DNA from: the human T2T-CHM13v2.0 reference genome, Homo sapiens
Length of the DNA: 64,000 nt
Strand: one strand, 5' to 3'
Assembly (NCBI RefSeq): GCF_009914755.1
Contig: NC_060935.1
The notes beneath the pieces were generated by a model. That model did no database searches. It was not told where the DNA came from and was given only the letters and a program-made list of their open reading frames with translations. The first letter of the stretch is position 1. Each line of letters starts with the position of its first letter. Below, one piece after another: positions 36,476-51,155 of this stretch. A program made the translations under genes and the position numbers.

Positions 36476-38941
36476 CCCAACTATAGGGTGCCTGTATTTC
36501 TTCTTAGTTGTCTTGCAGATACCTCAAGCCTATCATAGATATAAATGAACTCATCAGCCATTCCCCAACCTGCTAAATTTCTAAACTTCCCCATTTGGAC
36601 CCTTATTGTTCTAGTCAAGAGGTCTTGAAGCTCTTTCTCAATACAGTAAAAAGGCTTCCCTGAGTCTCTCAGACAGGCCTGTTGAAGCATCTCTTTTTTG
36701 TTGTTGTTCACATATGCCAAGCCAGAACAGAATGAAATTATACTCTTGAGTTATAAGTCATGTGTCCTGATTTTTGATTTGGAAAATATGATCACACATA
36801 TCAAGAAAATGAGCAGAAGAGGCAGCCAAGTTGCCATGTTGTCTCAGGCCCTTTCTGCATGCCAATATCTGATACTGAAATTAATACATGTGAGCCTGAA
36901 GTGGGTAAGCAGAACAATCCCATGGAGCCTGCAAGCCAGACATGGGTATTTGATAGTGGAAGTGGGGAATTAATCAAAGGAAAAGACAGTACTAGAAATC
37001 ATTGCCTTGGGTATTTGGTCCACACATCTACTTTCCTTAAATGATTTTTGTATTTTAATGGTGATATTTTTCAAATTGTTTGGGCAATTAAATACTTTTA
37101 ATAATTAGTATAATACAGTATCGATTTTGTCTTAGCATTATGGCTTTTTCTGTTGATGCTTCCATTAGAATATGAGTGCCATGAAATTAGAAAATGTGTT
37201 TTGACCTTCCTTCTAATGCCCAGCCCAATGGCTTTGTGTAGATACACGTGCTTTGTGTAGATCTATGTGGAGATCCAGTTCCCTCTAAAGTCAACTGCAG
37301 TGGGCATCGTGAGTTGCAATAGAGAAAACACAACAAGGCAAGCAAGCATCAGGTCAAAAATAAAAAGTCAAGATAACATCTTAAATGAAAGCTTCTCTCC
37401 TTGTTATTTTCTAACTCTCCCCTCAATTTCCCCAAATATACAATGGATCACTTAAGAAGCCCCATCCTCTTCAGAGACAAGAAACATTTCCAATAACACA
37501 CACTGAGAATAACCGCAGTTTCTTAGTGCCTTTGGAATATGCACTGAAATTCCGTGCAGTTCTGAAATTCTTCTTCTGAAAGTTGGGTGTGCCTTGTGCG
37601 GTGCATGTGCATATGTGTAGGTACATTATGCACGTGGGTGTGTGTGGGTGTGGCATACTGTTCTCCTGAAGGCACACTTTCTACACTGTTCAGGGGAGGG
37701 GAATGATAAAGCCACTTTTTCTCAAGGCAGATGGTATGAAATCCATATTCCCCAACCTCAAATATTCCTTCATCCCTCAAAGAGTCATGTTTAGGGGAGA
37801 AGGGTGAAGTCAGGGCATTGGGCTTAGTGTATTCTAATTCTTTCTACAAAGACCAACTAGATTTTCCAATTTGAAGAGGGTCCCTGGAGGGTTTCTTTTG
37901 TCGGCGGTGGGGGACAGGCAATTCTAGAAAGAATTGGGAACCTGGAACTCGCATTAGCAAGCAGTTGATCATAAAACAAAATGACTTGCTAAATTCCAAT
38001 CAATGGCACACAGTGTGGTCTGAGAGTGATGTCCTGAATTCCCTTCCACAGTTATCTAGAGAAGGACTTAGATGGATATATTCCAATATTGGCGAGAGAG
38101 TCCCTTTAATTCATTCCAGCACTTATCCCACACTTCCCCAGCAGAAAAACTGGTTAATGTACATCCTGGGTAATTATCTGTGTCTCTGGATTTCATTCTT
38201 TAGTAACTAATCCCTCACCTACAACAGTGTATAGTAAGGTCAAGGATGAAATTTCTCAGAAACTCGCTCCCCACAGCACCACGCACAAGAAGACCCACCC
38301 ATTCCAGCCAACCCCGTGTGTCCAAGTCCCATTCGCCCACATAAGCCTCTATTTGACAAATTCCTCGAGCTCCTACCCTTGGGGTGGGGACCTTTCGCCT
38401 CCCGTGAGGTGCCGGCTCTCCCGTGCTTCGCTGACTGCCGGCATTGGGTGGGGAGATTCGCCTCTGGTGCCGAGGGAAAACTGCGTTAGGCGAGGGTGGA
38501 AGCTCTGTCGGACCCGTGCGAGCACGTGGGTGCGCGCGGGCCGCGGAGTGAGCAGCAGCCAGGATTCCTCTCCAGATCGCGCCCCCGCCGCATTTCATTG
38601 CCTGAAACGGCCCACGCCCCGCGATGGCCCAGCAGACACCCGGCACAGCACAGCGTCACTGCGCGGCCCCCGCAGCGCACGGACCCCCCCACCCTGCCCG
38701 ACCCCAGACCCGCAGCCGAGCCCGTCTGGTATGTGGTGGGTGGAGAGGGTACCAACTAAGCATCCCAAAGTCCTTCAGGGAGCAACTCCGCGCAGTTTTC
38801 TCTTCCCGACCCGCAGCCTCCGCAGCAGCCGCTCGGAGCACCCCCGGGCAGGTGCCCCGCGCGAGCTCAGCGCCTTCCCCGCGGATCCCCGGCCCCTGCG
38901 GGACCCAGGCCCAGGACAAAAGAAATGAATTTGCTCTGTAC

Positions 38942-39060
38942 CTGATCCTGTCCTTCTCGGCCCTCTGTAACTCCTCATTCCTTTCCAGCACCTGAAGGAT
39001 CTTCCCGGCCTCTTCGTCATTTAAGAAACTGAAATCAAACGCCGGAGGAACTTTCGTCAT
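38942..39060 (-). CDS. EXPH5: EXPH5 (exophilin-5/Slac2-b) first coding exon, start of the Slp-homology Rab27-binding domain
   Basis: ATG at 39060 (context aaagaaaATGa, A at -3) gives MTKVPPAFDFSFLNDEEAGKILQVLERNEELQRAEKDRI, which matches the recalled EXPH5 N-terminus and the SHD1 pattern DxSFLxxEE..ILxVLxR. It ends after 119 nt (phase 2) at donor CAG|GTACAG (GT at 38941-38940). Confidence 0.96.
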
Positions 39061-39107
39061 TTTCTTTACTGTGTGTGAGTTACACTTAAGCTCCTTGGCG
39101 CCTCCTG

Positions 39108-39119
39108 TTAGGAAGGCAT
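39108..39119 (-). other. Short upstream ORF (M-P-S-stop) in the presumed EXPH5 5' UTR
   Basis: Minus strand reads aaaa ATG CCT TCC TAA, ending 47 nt before the main ATG. It is only a uORF if the TSS lies upstream of 39119. Confidence 0.55.
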
Positions 39120-39339
39120 TTTTCAACCTGTACAAGACCAGTTTCACGAACTTGATCCCACAGCCAATAATAAGTCCGCCCCTTTGAAAGTCTAAAACCA
39201 CAAACCTAGGGAACGCCCACACCTGAAGGGCTCATATTGACAATACCTTAATGACATGTTTCTCTCAACCTGTCCAACCGAGATGCAAAGTGAACGGCTA
39301 AAGGGAGAGAGGGAACCAATCCCGTTCCAAGGGGGCGGG

Positions 39340-39409
39340 CCCTCCCTTGTCCCCTCCCTCGTCCCCTCCCTCGTCTCGTCCCGTCCCTCGTCCCCTCCCT
39401 CGTCCCCTC
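39340..39409. repeat. Imperfect 12-bp tandem repeat (CCCCTCCCTCGT)n, ~5 copies
   Basis: Directly visible unit, with an irregular middle. Confidence 0.8.
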
Positions 39410-40659
39410 CGGTCACCCTCCCCGCCCCCTATCTGAGTTGTTAAGCAAACAAGCCTACATAATTCTGCCTCTTAAGTGAGGCAAGGCTAAGTGTTGGCGC
39501 CAAAGTATTTGCTTTTGCTGTTGCTGTTTGCTCGCAGAACTTGAGCTTGATTAGTAAAGGAGTGAAAAAGGAGATTCATGACTAATCCTCCCTTTCAATA
39601 ATTAAGAGCCCATAGAAAATAGAATTGCAAGTAGGGTTTGTAACTGGCAAAAGGGTTACTTATCTGAAAGACCAGGAAGAACTAAACTCAATTACACTAC
39701 TGACTGTGGATGAACCTGGCTGAAGGGCGGAAATTAGTGTATCCTTGGAAACGAATTATTTGCCAAGCCTCTCATCCCACAGACACCCCCACCTCCACTG
39801 TCCCACAAAAGTCATTCTTAGACTTTAGAAACAAACAAACAAACAAACAAAACCGTTTATGGTATTTTAGGAGAAGACAGCCCAGAAGCAAAGGACTGTA
39901 GAAAACACCTGTTAGAAGTTTTCTGTAAGATTTTATTATCATCTTAATAAACTCAGAGAAGTAATACACATGCCATTTAAAAATACCTAATCCTCTGGTG
40001 AAAGCAAATGGTAATCCTATGAAGCCACAGAAATAGCTTTCCTAGAAAGTCAATTGTTCCACAATGCAATGAAGAATAATAGAAACTTATAAAGATATTC
40101 ACATATATACTTTTTTTTTAATTATCAAGGCTTTTACAGAAAACATGTTTTTATCTTGGCTTCACTTCCTACCCAAAAATAACTCTGTCAGATTGACTTT
40201 CCTGCCCCATAGCCTTAATTTGGTCATTTTGAAGATGGTGGTGATGATTACTAACATATAAAATGTACTTCTACATATATCATTTCTTTTCATGGCACAT
40301 AAACCCAATTAAAATTTTGTATCTGTACAAGAACATGATATCAAAAATTGCCACTTGTGTTTTGTTCTCTGGGCTACCCCATTTGATCATCATTATTTAA
40401 AACATGCCTAGGCAGCTAGCCATTCAGATAACTTTCTGTGGGTGTCTGTTATTTGTGTGAACCAGGAACCAATTTTGTTCACCCATGGTGTACACAATAC
40501 AGAACTCCTTTATAAATAGTGTCTGTATTAATGATCCTGTTTTGGGAGTATGTCTTGTATATGGTGTCCAGTTTTTCTAGTGTGTTCATTTATTCAGCAT
40601 ACACATGGGACTTTTCAATATGGTCACTGGTGGGATTTTACACTGTTTCCAGTATATCA

Positions 40660-42230
<1,571 letters not shown>

Positions 42231-42685
42231 GAGTGTCCAACCTCATCAGACTTCAGCACTGAGGCATGCTTCAGCCCTGGGTTGTGGCACAATGGGGCAT
42301 ACTATTGAGAAATTTTTATATTGAGAAATTTACAAGGCATTGGGGACTGCCCTGGAAACCATACAGAACTGCTTTTGTGGAGTTTTAAACACAATGCTCT
42401 TAAAATTAAAATAATTCTCCAAAGGTTGTTTTATGGGCTTATTTAGCCGGAGGCAAGCAGCCATTTTCAATCTTAGTATCTGGTAATCCTGGCAACCTTT
42501 TGCCCAGGCTCTCAGCTAAAGAGATACTCATCAGTTTAGTATTTAATAGTCACAGCTGGATAGAAAGCAGTGATCTTTAGAAATCTCTCATAGTCCCCTA
42601 CCCTCTCTAGTCTGTTGGCCAAATCCCCACCACAGGGCTTAGTTTTTTCCATCCTTGACAATCACCAAGCCAAGAGACATGCTGA

Positions 42686-42960
<275 letters not shown>

Positions 42961-43414
42961 TTAAATATTAACATAGTTTGCTTTATCATTAGATCAAAGT
43001 AATAACACATTATTATCAAAAGTTCTCTGATAAAATTCAAGATTGCTTTTTGTTAGGACTAAACTAAATTGAGCTAAATTTAAAAATACTTGGTAATCCT
43101 TTAGAAAGGATTTTTCCTTGATGTGGCAAGGAATGTCTGTCCCAGACAACACCAGTATTATAATTAATGGTGAGTCTGTGAAGTAACAACAAATCAGAGG
43201 TACCTGCTATTCCCTGTCTTGTGTAACATTGTTCTGGTAGTTCTAGTTGATACAATAGGGAAGGAAAAAAACAATGTGGTGTAACTCTTAGAAAAGAGAA
43301 AATTGATCATAGATGATAATTATCTACTTAGGAAAAAGACCAAAGAAATTTGTTAAAAAAAACCACAAAAACTATTAGAACTAAAGAAGGAGTACGAATT
43401 AGTGGCCATGTGTG

Positions 43415-44390
43415 GCTTCATTCAAAAAATATTTATGGAATGTCTACTATCCATTGGGAAATGTTCTAGGAGCTGTGTAGACAAGATGTTCCTGCGCTCA
43501 AAACGTTAGCTTCTAATGCATAGAGGTTAAAAAATAAATAAATAAACAAATCAACATCAATTTAGAGTGTGATAAGTGTTGTGAACCAAGTAAACAGGGT
43601 GGAGAATGGGAGGGATGCAGGGAGGGCTCCAGCCAGAGTGGTCAGGCTGGAGACTGACCCGCATGATGAGATGTCATATGAGCTAAAACCTGAAGGATAA
43701 GAAGCCAGACATGTGAAGAACTTACGTGTACAAATGTCCTCAAATTGGTTGAATAAAATGTGGGTAGAAAGTAGATGTATGTGCTATTTATAAGTTCTTT
43801 TTGAACCTTCATCTTCATCTAAGAAATATTCCACAGAATTCCTTGCCCAGATAATGGGCTTAGTTGTTATGGGCATGTAGTATTTGTTTAACCTGCTGTA
43901 TGTCAGGCTCTGTGACAGGTGCTGGAAATGCAGAGGCACCAAGGCAAACAGGTCTCTGTCTTCAGGGAGTTTGCACTTCCTTGGAAAGAGACAGATAATA
44001 CATTAGTAAATAAATAAAAAGATTTACCACGTGTGATAAACGCTATGAAGAAAATTAACAGTGATATGGTGGAGAGTAAGTCTGAAGAGGAGGGGATAAT
44101 CTTACATGGGGTAGTTGGGAAGGGTACCCTGAGGTGACACATAAGCGGTGACCTGAGGGGTGTCAAGGATCCAGCTTTGCTAAGACACAGGAGAAGCGCT
44201 TTCCAAGCAGAGGCAAGTGCCAAGATGCTGAGGCAGGAGAGAGATTGGCAGGCTCTGGGCTGATGTCTCTGGACCGTGGTAAATATCCAGAAGAGGGACA
44301 TAAAAAAGGAGGTTGGAGAAGTAAGTGTGGGCCTGATAACATAAGGGAGCTAGGCCAAGCAAGGGAGTTTAGATTCCATCCTAAGGACGT
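43415..44390. mobile_element. L2 elements (two)
   Basis: TTCATTCAAAAAATATTTAT terminus; AGATAATACATTAGTAAATAAATAA; GAGTTTAGATTCCATCCTAAG. Confidence 0.65.
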
Positions 44391-44540
44391 GGGCTTGGAG
44401 TCAGTATCTTTGGTTCAAGCTCTGGCTACACTATTTATTAGCTGTGTGACCTTGGGTAGCCATCTCACCTCCTTCCACCTCATAAGATTGTGCAATTAAA
44501 TGTGCTAATGTCTGGGAAGTGTGTAGCATATGGTAAGCCC
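44390..44540 (+). mobile_element. MIR fragment
   Basis: TTATTAGCTGTGTGACCTTGGG core. Confidence 0.65.
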
Positions 44541-47204
44541 TCCGGAAAAAGAGAGACGGAGAGAGAGAGAGAGAGAGATCTTCCCAGCTAGGTGGTCAAT
44601 GGGATTCTGCCCAGTTTCCTCCTCACACCTGGCTGGCTTCTGGGATAATAAAATGAATTTCCAGATGTTACCTCTTCTCTCCCTGCCTCCAAGCTAGAGG
44701 AACTCTTTCCTCTGGGCAGAACTCACCTCACATCGTATATGACATAAGGATTAAATGTTTTAAATTGAAAATGTAGCATAATGACACCAAAGTGGTAAAA
44801 GAAAAAAAAAAGATATTTGTAATCCTACCATCCTAATTCAAGGACTGTTTCCATATTTTAATATCATTCTAAAGTTCTTTCTCATGTATGCATGTGTATA
44901 AAGCTATAGTTATAATCACAATTGTGTATATACATATATACAAATGCATACTCATAACACAGTTGTAATCACAGTGTGCATATTTTGATAAAGGCTTTTA
45001 ATATTACCATGAAAGACCTCTGTAGATGTCACAACCTAACTGGATTTAAAAAAAGAAACTTCAGTTCTGAAAGTTCTTTGAGAACTTTAAACTGCTTTAC
45101 AGAAATAAGATTGTTGGTAGTTTTTATGTTACTTCAATAACCAGTTCTGGCATTTTATAGTATTCACTCTTTGAACATTCTTCCTTATAGCAATTCTACC
45201 TACTTCCATGTGGTTGCCTTTCTGTTTAGAAGAAGTGCCCTTTCAATAACAATCCTTGTGCAGACATCAAGTAACACCTGGAAAAGAAACCTTTTTGTTT
45301 GTTGCTGGGCAGCCTTCTCATCAGTAAAGAAAGCAGGGTAAGTGAGAGCACTGACAATGCTGATGGGATGCAGGCTTTAATAACTACTGTCGACCTGAGA
45401 GAAGGAATGCCATGCCTGCTCTCAATAGATTTTGGAAAGTTTTCAGTAACTCACTTCTTCATAAGCAAAGACCTACATTTGTTTGCTTCCATAATACTAA
45501 TCCCTTGAACTTGATTTTACTCTTTGAGTCCAGGAGATTGCAATCTGGGTAACTTGGAATCTACAAGTAAGGTGAGAAGAGACGGCCCTTTCCTATGCTT
45601 TCCCTTCTATATTGTATGGAGATGGGGGAAAAGCGTACAGAGAGTGGAAGAAAATTCAAATATGGGAGACTGAACTCAGCATCTTCTAAACTTCAAAGAA
45701 ATGTCCACTCAGAATGAAAGGAGTGAGATTGAAAGTTAAGTTGTCCTTTCTCCATCAACAGCCTAAATACTGGTATGCTGCAGTCTCTTTGCAACCTTTT
45801 ATTAGATGGATCATTGCAATTAATTAATATACCACTCACATCTAATCAAATGGTGGCTCCAACTAAACCTGAAGTTTCTTTTTATCTCTGTGCATTTTAA
45901 AGAGTTTATTAATGTATTTGGATTTTTTTTCTCATTTTGATTCAAGTACTTAGGTTTTAAACTAGAAAAAAAAATGTTAACTGTTTAATGTGACTGGCAC
46001 AGTATGCGGATGATAGTTCTTCAAAACTTGTGACTTAAGAAGGCAAATTTCCACTAAATAGAATTTGATAATTTCATTTCTTGTTTTTAAATTCATTATC
46101 AGGACCTACTAGTGTCTGGGTGGTAGACTTTAAGCAGAGCTAACTGAGTTAACTCACCAATGAAGGCCTTCAGAACTTAACCTCCATAAATTAATTTTGG
46201 TGTATTTTAAGTACTTTTTGGTTCTTCACTTGCTGTATTAGTCATTTGTTCTCATATATGGGGCGCACTTCAAATAATACATTAACCATACACATTTTAG
46301 GATTCTAGCCATCCCTTTTTCCACCACACACAATTGTTTTCCTGGTTATCTTTGTTGTTTCACATGGTCAGGTGTTTATTGTCTAGTGACAAGTTCAATG
46401 ACAAGTACAATGTTATTCAATGCCTTCAAACAGGATAATGCCACATAAGTTTCTAAATACAAGCTGTTGAAAGAACACAAAGAAGTTGTTGCCATGCCTT
46501 AAGAAGCATGCTAAGTCCTGCAGCAGAGCCCATGGATCGGCAAGAACTGTTCACCATACAGGGGCTTCCTGCAGGTAATAGAATATTCCTACCGGAGTGA
46601 AATTTGTCATATATGCTTGTGGTCCTGAGTTAGAATGTCTAACTTGAGTACTAATTGAGCAGAAAATGTCAACCCTCTTGGAATAGAGTAACATCTGGGT
46701 CTTGCTAAAACCTATTAAACTAATTATTGTGCAGATCAAAATATGCCAGTGCTTTAATTAACTGTATGTTTTAATACCCGTAGTCACATGATGGTATGTA
46801 TCATATTAGACATTCTTCTGGTTAAGTTGCTGACTAGGTAGACAAACTTTCAAATTAATAGCATACTTCAGTTAATAGTCATAGGAGAGAAAATGCACTT
46901 AACATATAAAGAAATACAAATAAAAATAGTATTTCCAAGACTGACTAAGAAATGGTCACATAAATTTACAACCATACTAGGTACAATCCAAGCTTGTAAA
47001 CAACAATTTATATAATAACAGATGCCCTTCTACTTCTGGCCTATTTGTTAAAACCTTAAGTACTGGAATCCAATCAATATTTTTCCCTTCAAGGTGTAAT
47101 TTCAAAGTTGAGTATTTAAATATGACAAATAGTAAAATCTATGAAAACTTTGATCATTTCCCCTATATTGTAAATATTTGAATATGAAATGATGGAAACT
47201 CTCT

Positions 47205-47570
<366 letters not shown>

Positions 47571-48072
47571 CTGAAATGATAGACTCTACATCCCTTTCCT
47601 ATTTGCTTTTAAGGCTGGTCCAACTGTGATGACATGGGAACCATTTAATGTGCTTCCCCTCATAGCTTATCAAATTGCTCCCTTGAAACACTACTGTATC
47701 CTGCATCCATTTCTAATGCAGCCATCCATTCATTTATTCTGGGTTATTTTCACTAATTCATTTAGGGTTATTTTTGTTCATTCCATCATTCAACAGATAT
47801 TTATTAGGCACCTGCTGTGTGCCAGGCACTTTTTTACAGCTGTTCTTTACCTCTCTATTTGAATTTCTCTTTTCAGTTTAATTTCCTCCAAATTCCTTCC
47901 TTGATAGTTTTCAATGGTTATTTGCCCCCATCTCCTACACCTCTCTTTTTGAGGGGTGTATCCAATGTAGATTTATGTTATCCACCGATTTTCCAGAAAG
48001 GCAAATAACCTGGGCCAGAGGGGTTTCTCCCATGTAACTCACTGTCCACCTGGGACTTCCACTAAAACTGCC

Positions 48073-48234
48073 TTTTTTTTTTTTTTGGAGATGAGGTCTC
48101 ATTCTGTTTTCCAGGCTGGAGTACAGTGGCCAGATCACAGCTCACTGCAGCCTTGACTCCAGGGGCTCAAGCGAGTCTACCATGTTAGTCCCCCAAGTAG
48201 CTGGGACTACTGGCGTGAGCCATCATCTCACCCA
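48073..48234 (-). mobile_element. FRAM/FAM-like Alu monomer
   Basis: Right-arm-type monomer; TSD CTAAAACTG(C/T)CTTT. Confidence 0.85.
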
Positions 48235-48381
48235 TCTAAAACTGTCTTTAACATAAAGCAGATTATAAGGGGTTAGTAGGATAAGAAAGGAAAATAGAAA
48301 CCCAATACTTACTGCAAATACTATGCAAATCATATATAATTTCTCAGGTTGGTTTAAAAATCATATTTAAATAGATACAGG

Positions 48382-48760
48382 TGATACAGTGTGGCTCTGT
48401 GTCCCAACCCAAATCTCGTCTCAAATTGTAATCCCCATAATCCCCATGTGTTGAGGGCAGGACATGGTGGGAGGTGATTGGATCACGGGAGCGATTCCCT
48501 CCATTCTGTTCTCGTGATAGTGAGTGAATTCTTGTGAGATCTGATGGTTTTATAAGCATCTGACATTTCCCCTGCTTGCACTTCTCTCTCCTGCCACCAT
48601 GTGAAAAAGACCTCTCTTTTCCCTTTGTCTTCTGCCACGATTGTGAGTTTCCTGAGGCCTCCCCAGCCATGTGGAACTGTGAGTCAATTAAACCTCTTTC
48701 CTTTATAAATTACCCAGTCTCAGGTAGTTCTTTATAGCAGTGTGAGAACAGACTAATACA
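48382..48760 (+). mobile_element. THE1D MaLR solo LTR
   Basis: TGATA...GACTAATACA termini; TSD ACAGG/ATAGG. Confidence 0.92.
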
Positions 48761-48769
48761 ATAGGGTTG

Positions 48770-48908
48770 CCTTTTGGATTGCTGAACATATTTTGGAGCT
48801 AGATAGAGGTGCTAGTTGTACAACACTGTAAATGTACTAAATGCCATTGGATTGTTCATTTTAAAATGATTAATTTTATGTTATGTAAACTTCACCTTAA
48901 TACAAATA
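48770..48908 (+). mobile_element. L1MB 3' end fragment
   Basis: CTAGATAGAGGTG...TGTAAATGTACTAAATGCCA...TTTTATGTTATGT. Confidence 0.75.
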
Positions 48909-48929
48909 ATTTTTAAATCATATTTCACA

Positions 48930-49040
48930 CCAGTCATGGTGGCTTGTATCTGTAATCCTAGCTACTCAGGAGGAGGATTGCTTGAGGCCAGGAGTTGGAG
49001 ACCAGCCTGGGCAACATAGTGAGAATCTGTTTCTTAAAAA
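48930..49040 (+). mobile_element. FLAM_A-like monomer
   Basis: TSD AAATCATATTTCAC. Confidence 0.8.
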
Positions 49041-49638
49041 ATTGTTTTAAGAAAAATCATATTTCACTATTTTTGTCCATGTTGATAACATTGTGAACCT
49101 CCCCATCCTCACTGCAGTAAGCTGGGGATAGTCCACATACAAGCTCAGTACATTAAGCATAATGCCATTATTAACTCAAGCTTCTCAAAATGTGAAGTTT
49201 AAGTTTAGTAGGACAGCATTAAGCCAAAGAGGCTGTAAACACTGGCAAGATACAACCACTCTGTTCTGATGAATAGGCCATTTGCTCCACATGACTGAAT
49301 GCTGGAACAAATATGACCTCCACCTGTGGGCAGAGAGCAGTTCCTAATAACTACCTAACAATGATAAGGTGCAAGGCTTCCTTATGGATTGACCTGGAGG
49401 AGAGAAAGGCTGTTTCCAGGAGAAGCGAACACAGACTTCAGAGATCTTTAGGAAAAGATGGCTGGGATTCTGGAATGATAAGGAAGTATAACAGGCTGTT
49501 ATTCACGAGTTGATATTTGTTAGAAATGGACCTAGTGGTCAGGTCAGAAAAGAAGATCTGATGGTAGTAGACCTGTTTCAATTTTTTTAAGGGTAGGCAG
49601 TTGGTTTTTCTACATTTAATTGAAGAAAGGGCTGAATA

Positions 49639-49925
49639 GGCCGGGTGCAGAGGCTCATGCCTATAATCTTTGAGAGGCTCAGGTGGGAGGATTGCTTGAG
49701 CCCAGGAGTTTGAGACTAGCCTGGCCAACATGGTGAAACCCCATCTCTACAAAAAAAAAAAAAAAAAAAAATTAGCTGGGCATGGTGGTGTGTGCCTGTA
49801 GTCCCAGCTACTTAGGTGGCTGAGGTGGGAGGATCATTGGAACCCAGGGAGTTAAGGCTGCAGTGAGCCAAGATTGTGCCACTGCATTCCAGCCTGGGTA
49901 ACAGAGCAAGATCCTGTCTCAAAAG
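49639..49925 (+). mobile_element. AluJ
   Basis: Dimer with expanded poly-A linker. Confidence 0.92.
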
Positions 49926-50930
49926 AAAGGCGGGGGGTGGGAGAGGGCTGGATATTTTTGCCAATTAAAGAAAACTTTATTTCCTTTTATTTCATCCTAC
50001 CCTCATTACCCTACTCAGCCTCTTGGTAATTTCTGTATTTGTTTTATGTGTATTATTATTGCAAATTAGAACTCAGAAGATTTTCGTAGTTAGGAGGTCT
50101 GAGCCTTACCCCTTTTCTATAAGTAAGTGTCCTGGTTTATAGATGACAGGATGGGAAGTCAATGGGAATGTGGAGATGACTTTTAAAGAATATGACTCTA
50201 AGACAGTCAGAAAAGTGGTCTGGAAGTAGGTGTTAAGGCCAAGGAGAATGCCAATGCCTGAGGGTCCTGAGACCCCAGGGTCAAAGGGAAGAAGACAACA
50301 CAAGAAGTGGCTACTACCTGTGGTCAAGAAGGAAATTCAGGTTATTAGGATGAAATCAGTTTTAGGTTAAAGGGGAAAGGAACACTCACATAAAGGTCTG
50401 TAAGTGTACAGGAAATTTTAGTAAAATTAATAAGGGTTTCAGTGGCCATAAAATAGGTAAATTAGAGAAATAGGCTTGGTTGGGTGGAGATGAATTGGAT
50501 GGGACTGACTTAGAAGGAATTGAGAGTAACAGAAGTAAGAGGTGAGTGGACAGGAGGGAGATTCCCTAAGAACAAGATCACTGGGATTGGGATGGGTTCT
50601 TAGCCAACAGAAAAAAAGTTCTGGGACAAGAGTGTCAAACCAATGATTCCCAAAGTTCCAGGTGGAAACGGGTTGTGATGGTGCAGCACCTTGAAAGGGT
50701 GCCTCAAGGTGGAGACCCTTTCCCTGCTAATGGGTTTTAGCCATCATTTCCATAAAGAGTTGATCACAAAAGCAGTGGCCCTTCTGCTGGGGCTCTTCTC
50801 ATCCTCCAAAGACTTAGTGTCTGAGCAGTGCTGGCTTGGGGTCACAAGTGAAAGTCATGGAAAATAGCTGCCTAGGTCCAACATAGGAGATGTGATTCTT
50901 ATAAAAATTATACTGTGTGACATATTAGAA

Positions 50931-51155
50931 CAGTTGTTCTCAACTGAAGCTGATTTTGTCCCTTGGGGTCATTTGCCAATGTCTGGAGACATTTTTCACT
51001 GTCACCTGTGGGAGGAGAAGTGGTACCAGCATCTACAGGGTAGAGGGCAGAGATGCGGCTAAATATCCTACATTATACAGGACAGCCCCCCTCCTAGGCC
51101 CAGCAAAGAATTATGTGGTCCAAAATGTCAACAGTGCTGAGGCCAAGAAACTTTG
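50931..51155. mobile_element. MER20 (hAT-Charlie)
   Basis: CAG.TGTTCTCAAC...AATGTCTGGAGACATTTTT...CCAAAATGTCAACAGTGCTGAGG. Confidence 0.85.

Larger units (their letters stand above)
38260..39430. promoter_or_regulatory. EXPH5: CpG island / EXPH5 promoter
   Basis: High GC content with dense non-Alu CpG. CCAAT at 39164-39168 and 39316-39320; GC boxes CCGCCC 39176-39181 and GGGGCGGG within 39331-39340. No clear TATA box. Confidence 0.88.

Noticed and set aside
36926-36948. Possible p53/p63 site (CAAG..CATG)
   Set aside because: The cores are 5 nt apart rather than the required 6.
38227-38928. 233-aa plus-strand ORF antisense to EXPH5
   Set aside because: It starts at GTG, is Pro/Arg/Ser-rich and lies in the CpG island where stop codons are rare. 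No recognisable domain.
38656-39222. 188-aa minus ORF taken as a whole gene
   Set aside because: Only 39060-38942 matches EXPH5. The rest is UTR/promoter and read-through past the donor, and its start is not an ATG.
47612-47635. GGCTGGTCC resembling a Y RNA 5' end
   Set aside because: Only 9 nt match, with no body or 3' stem.
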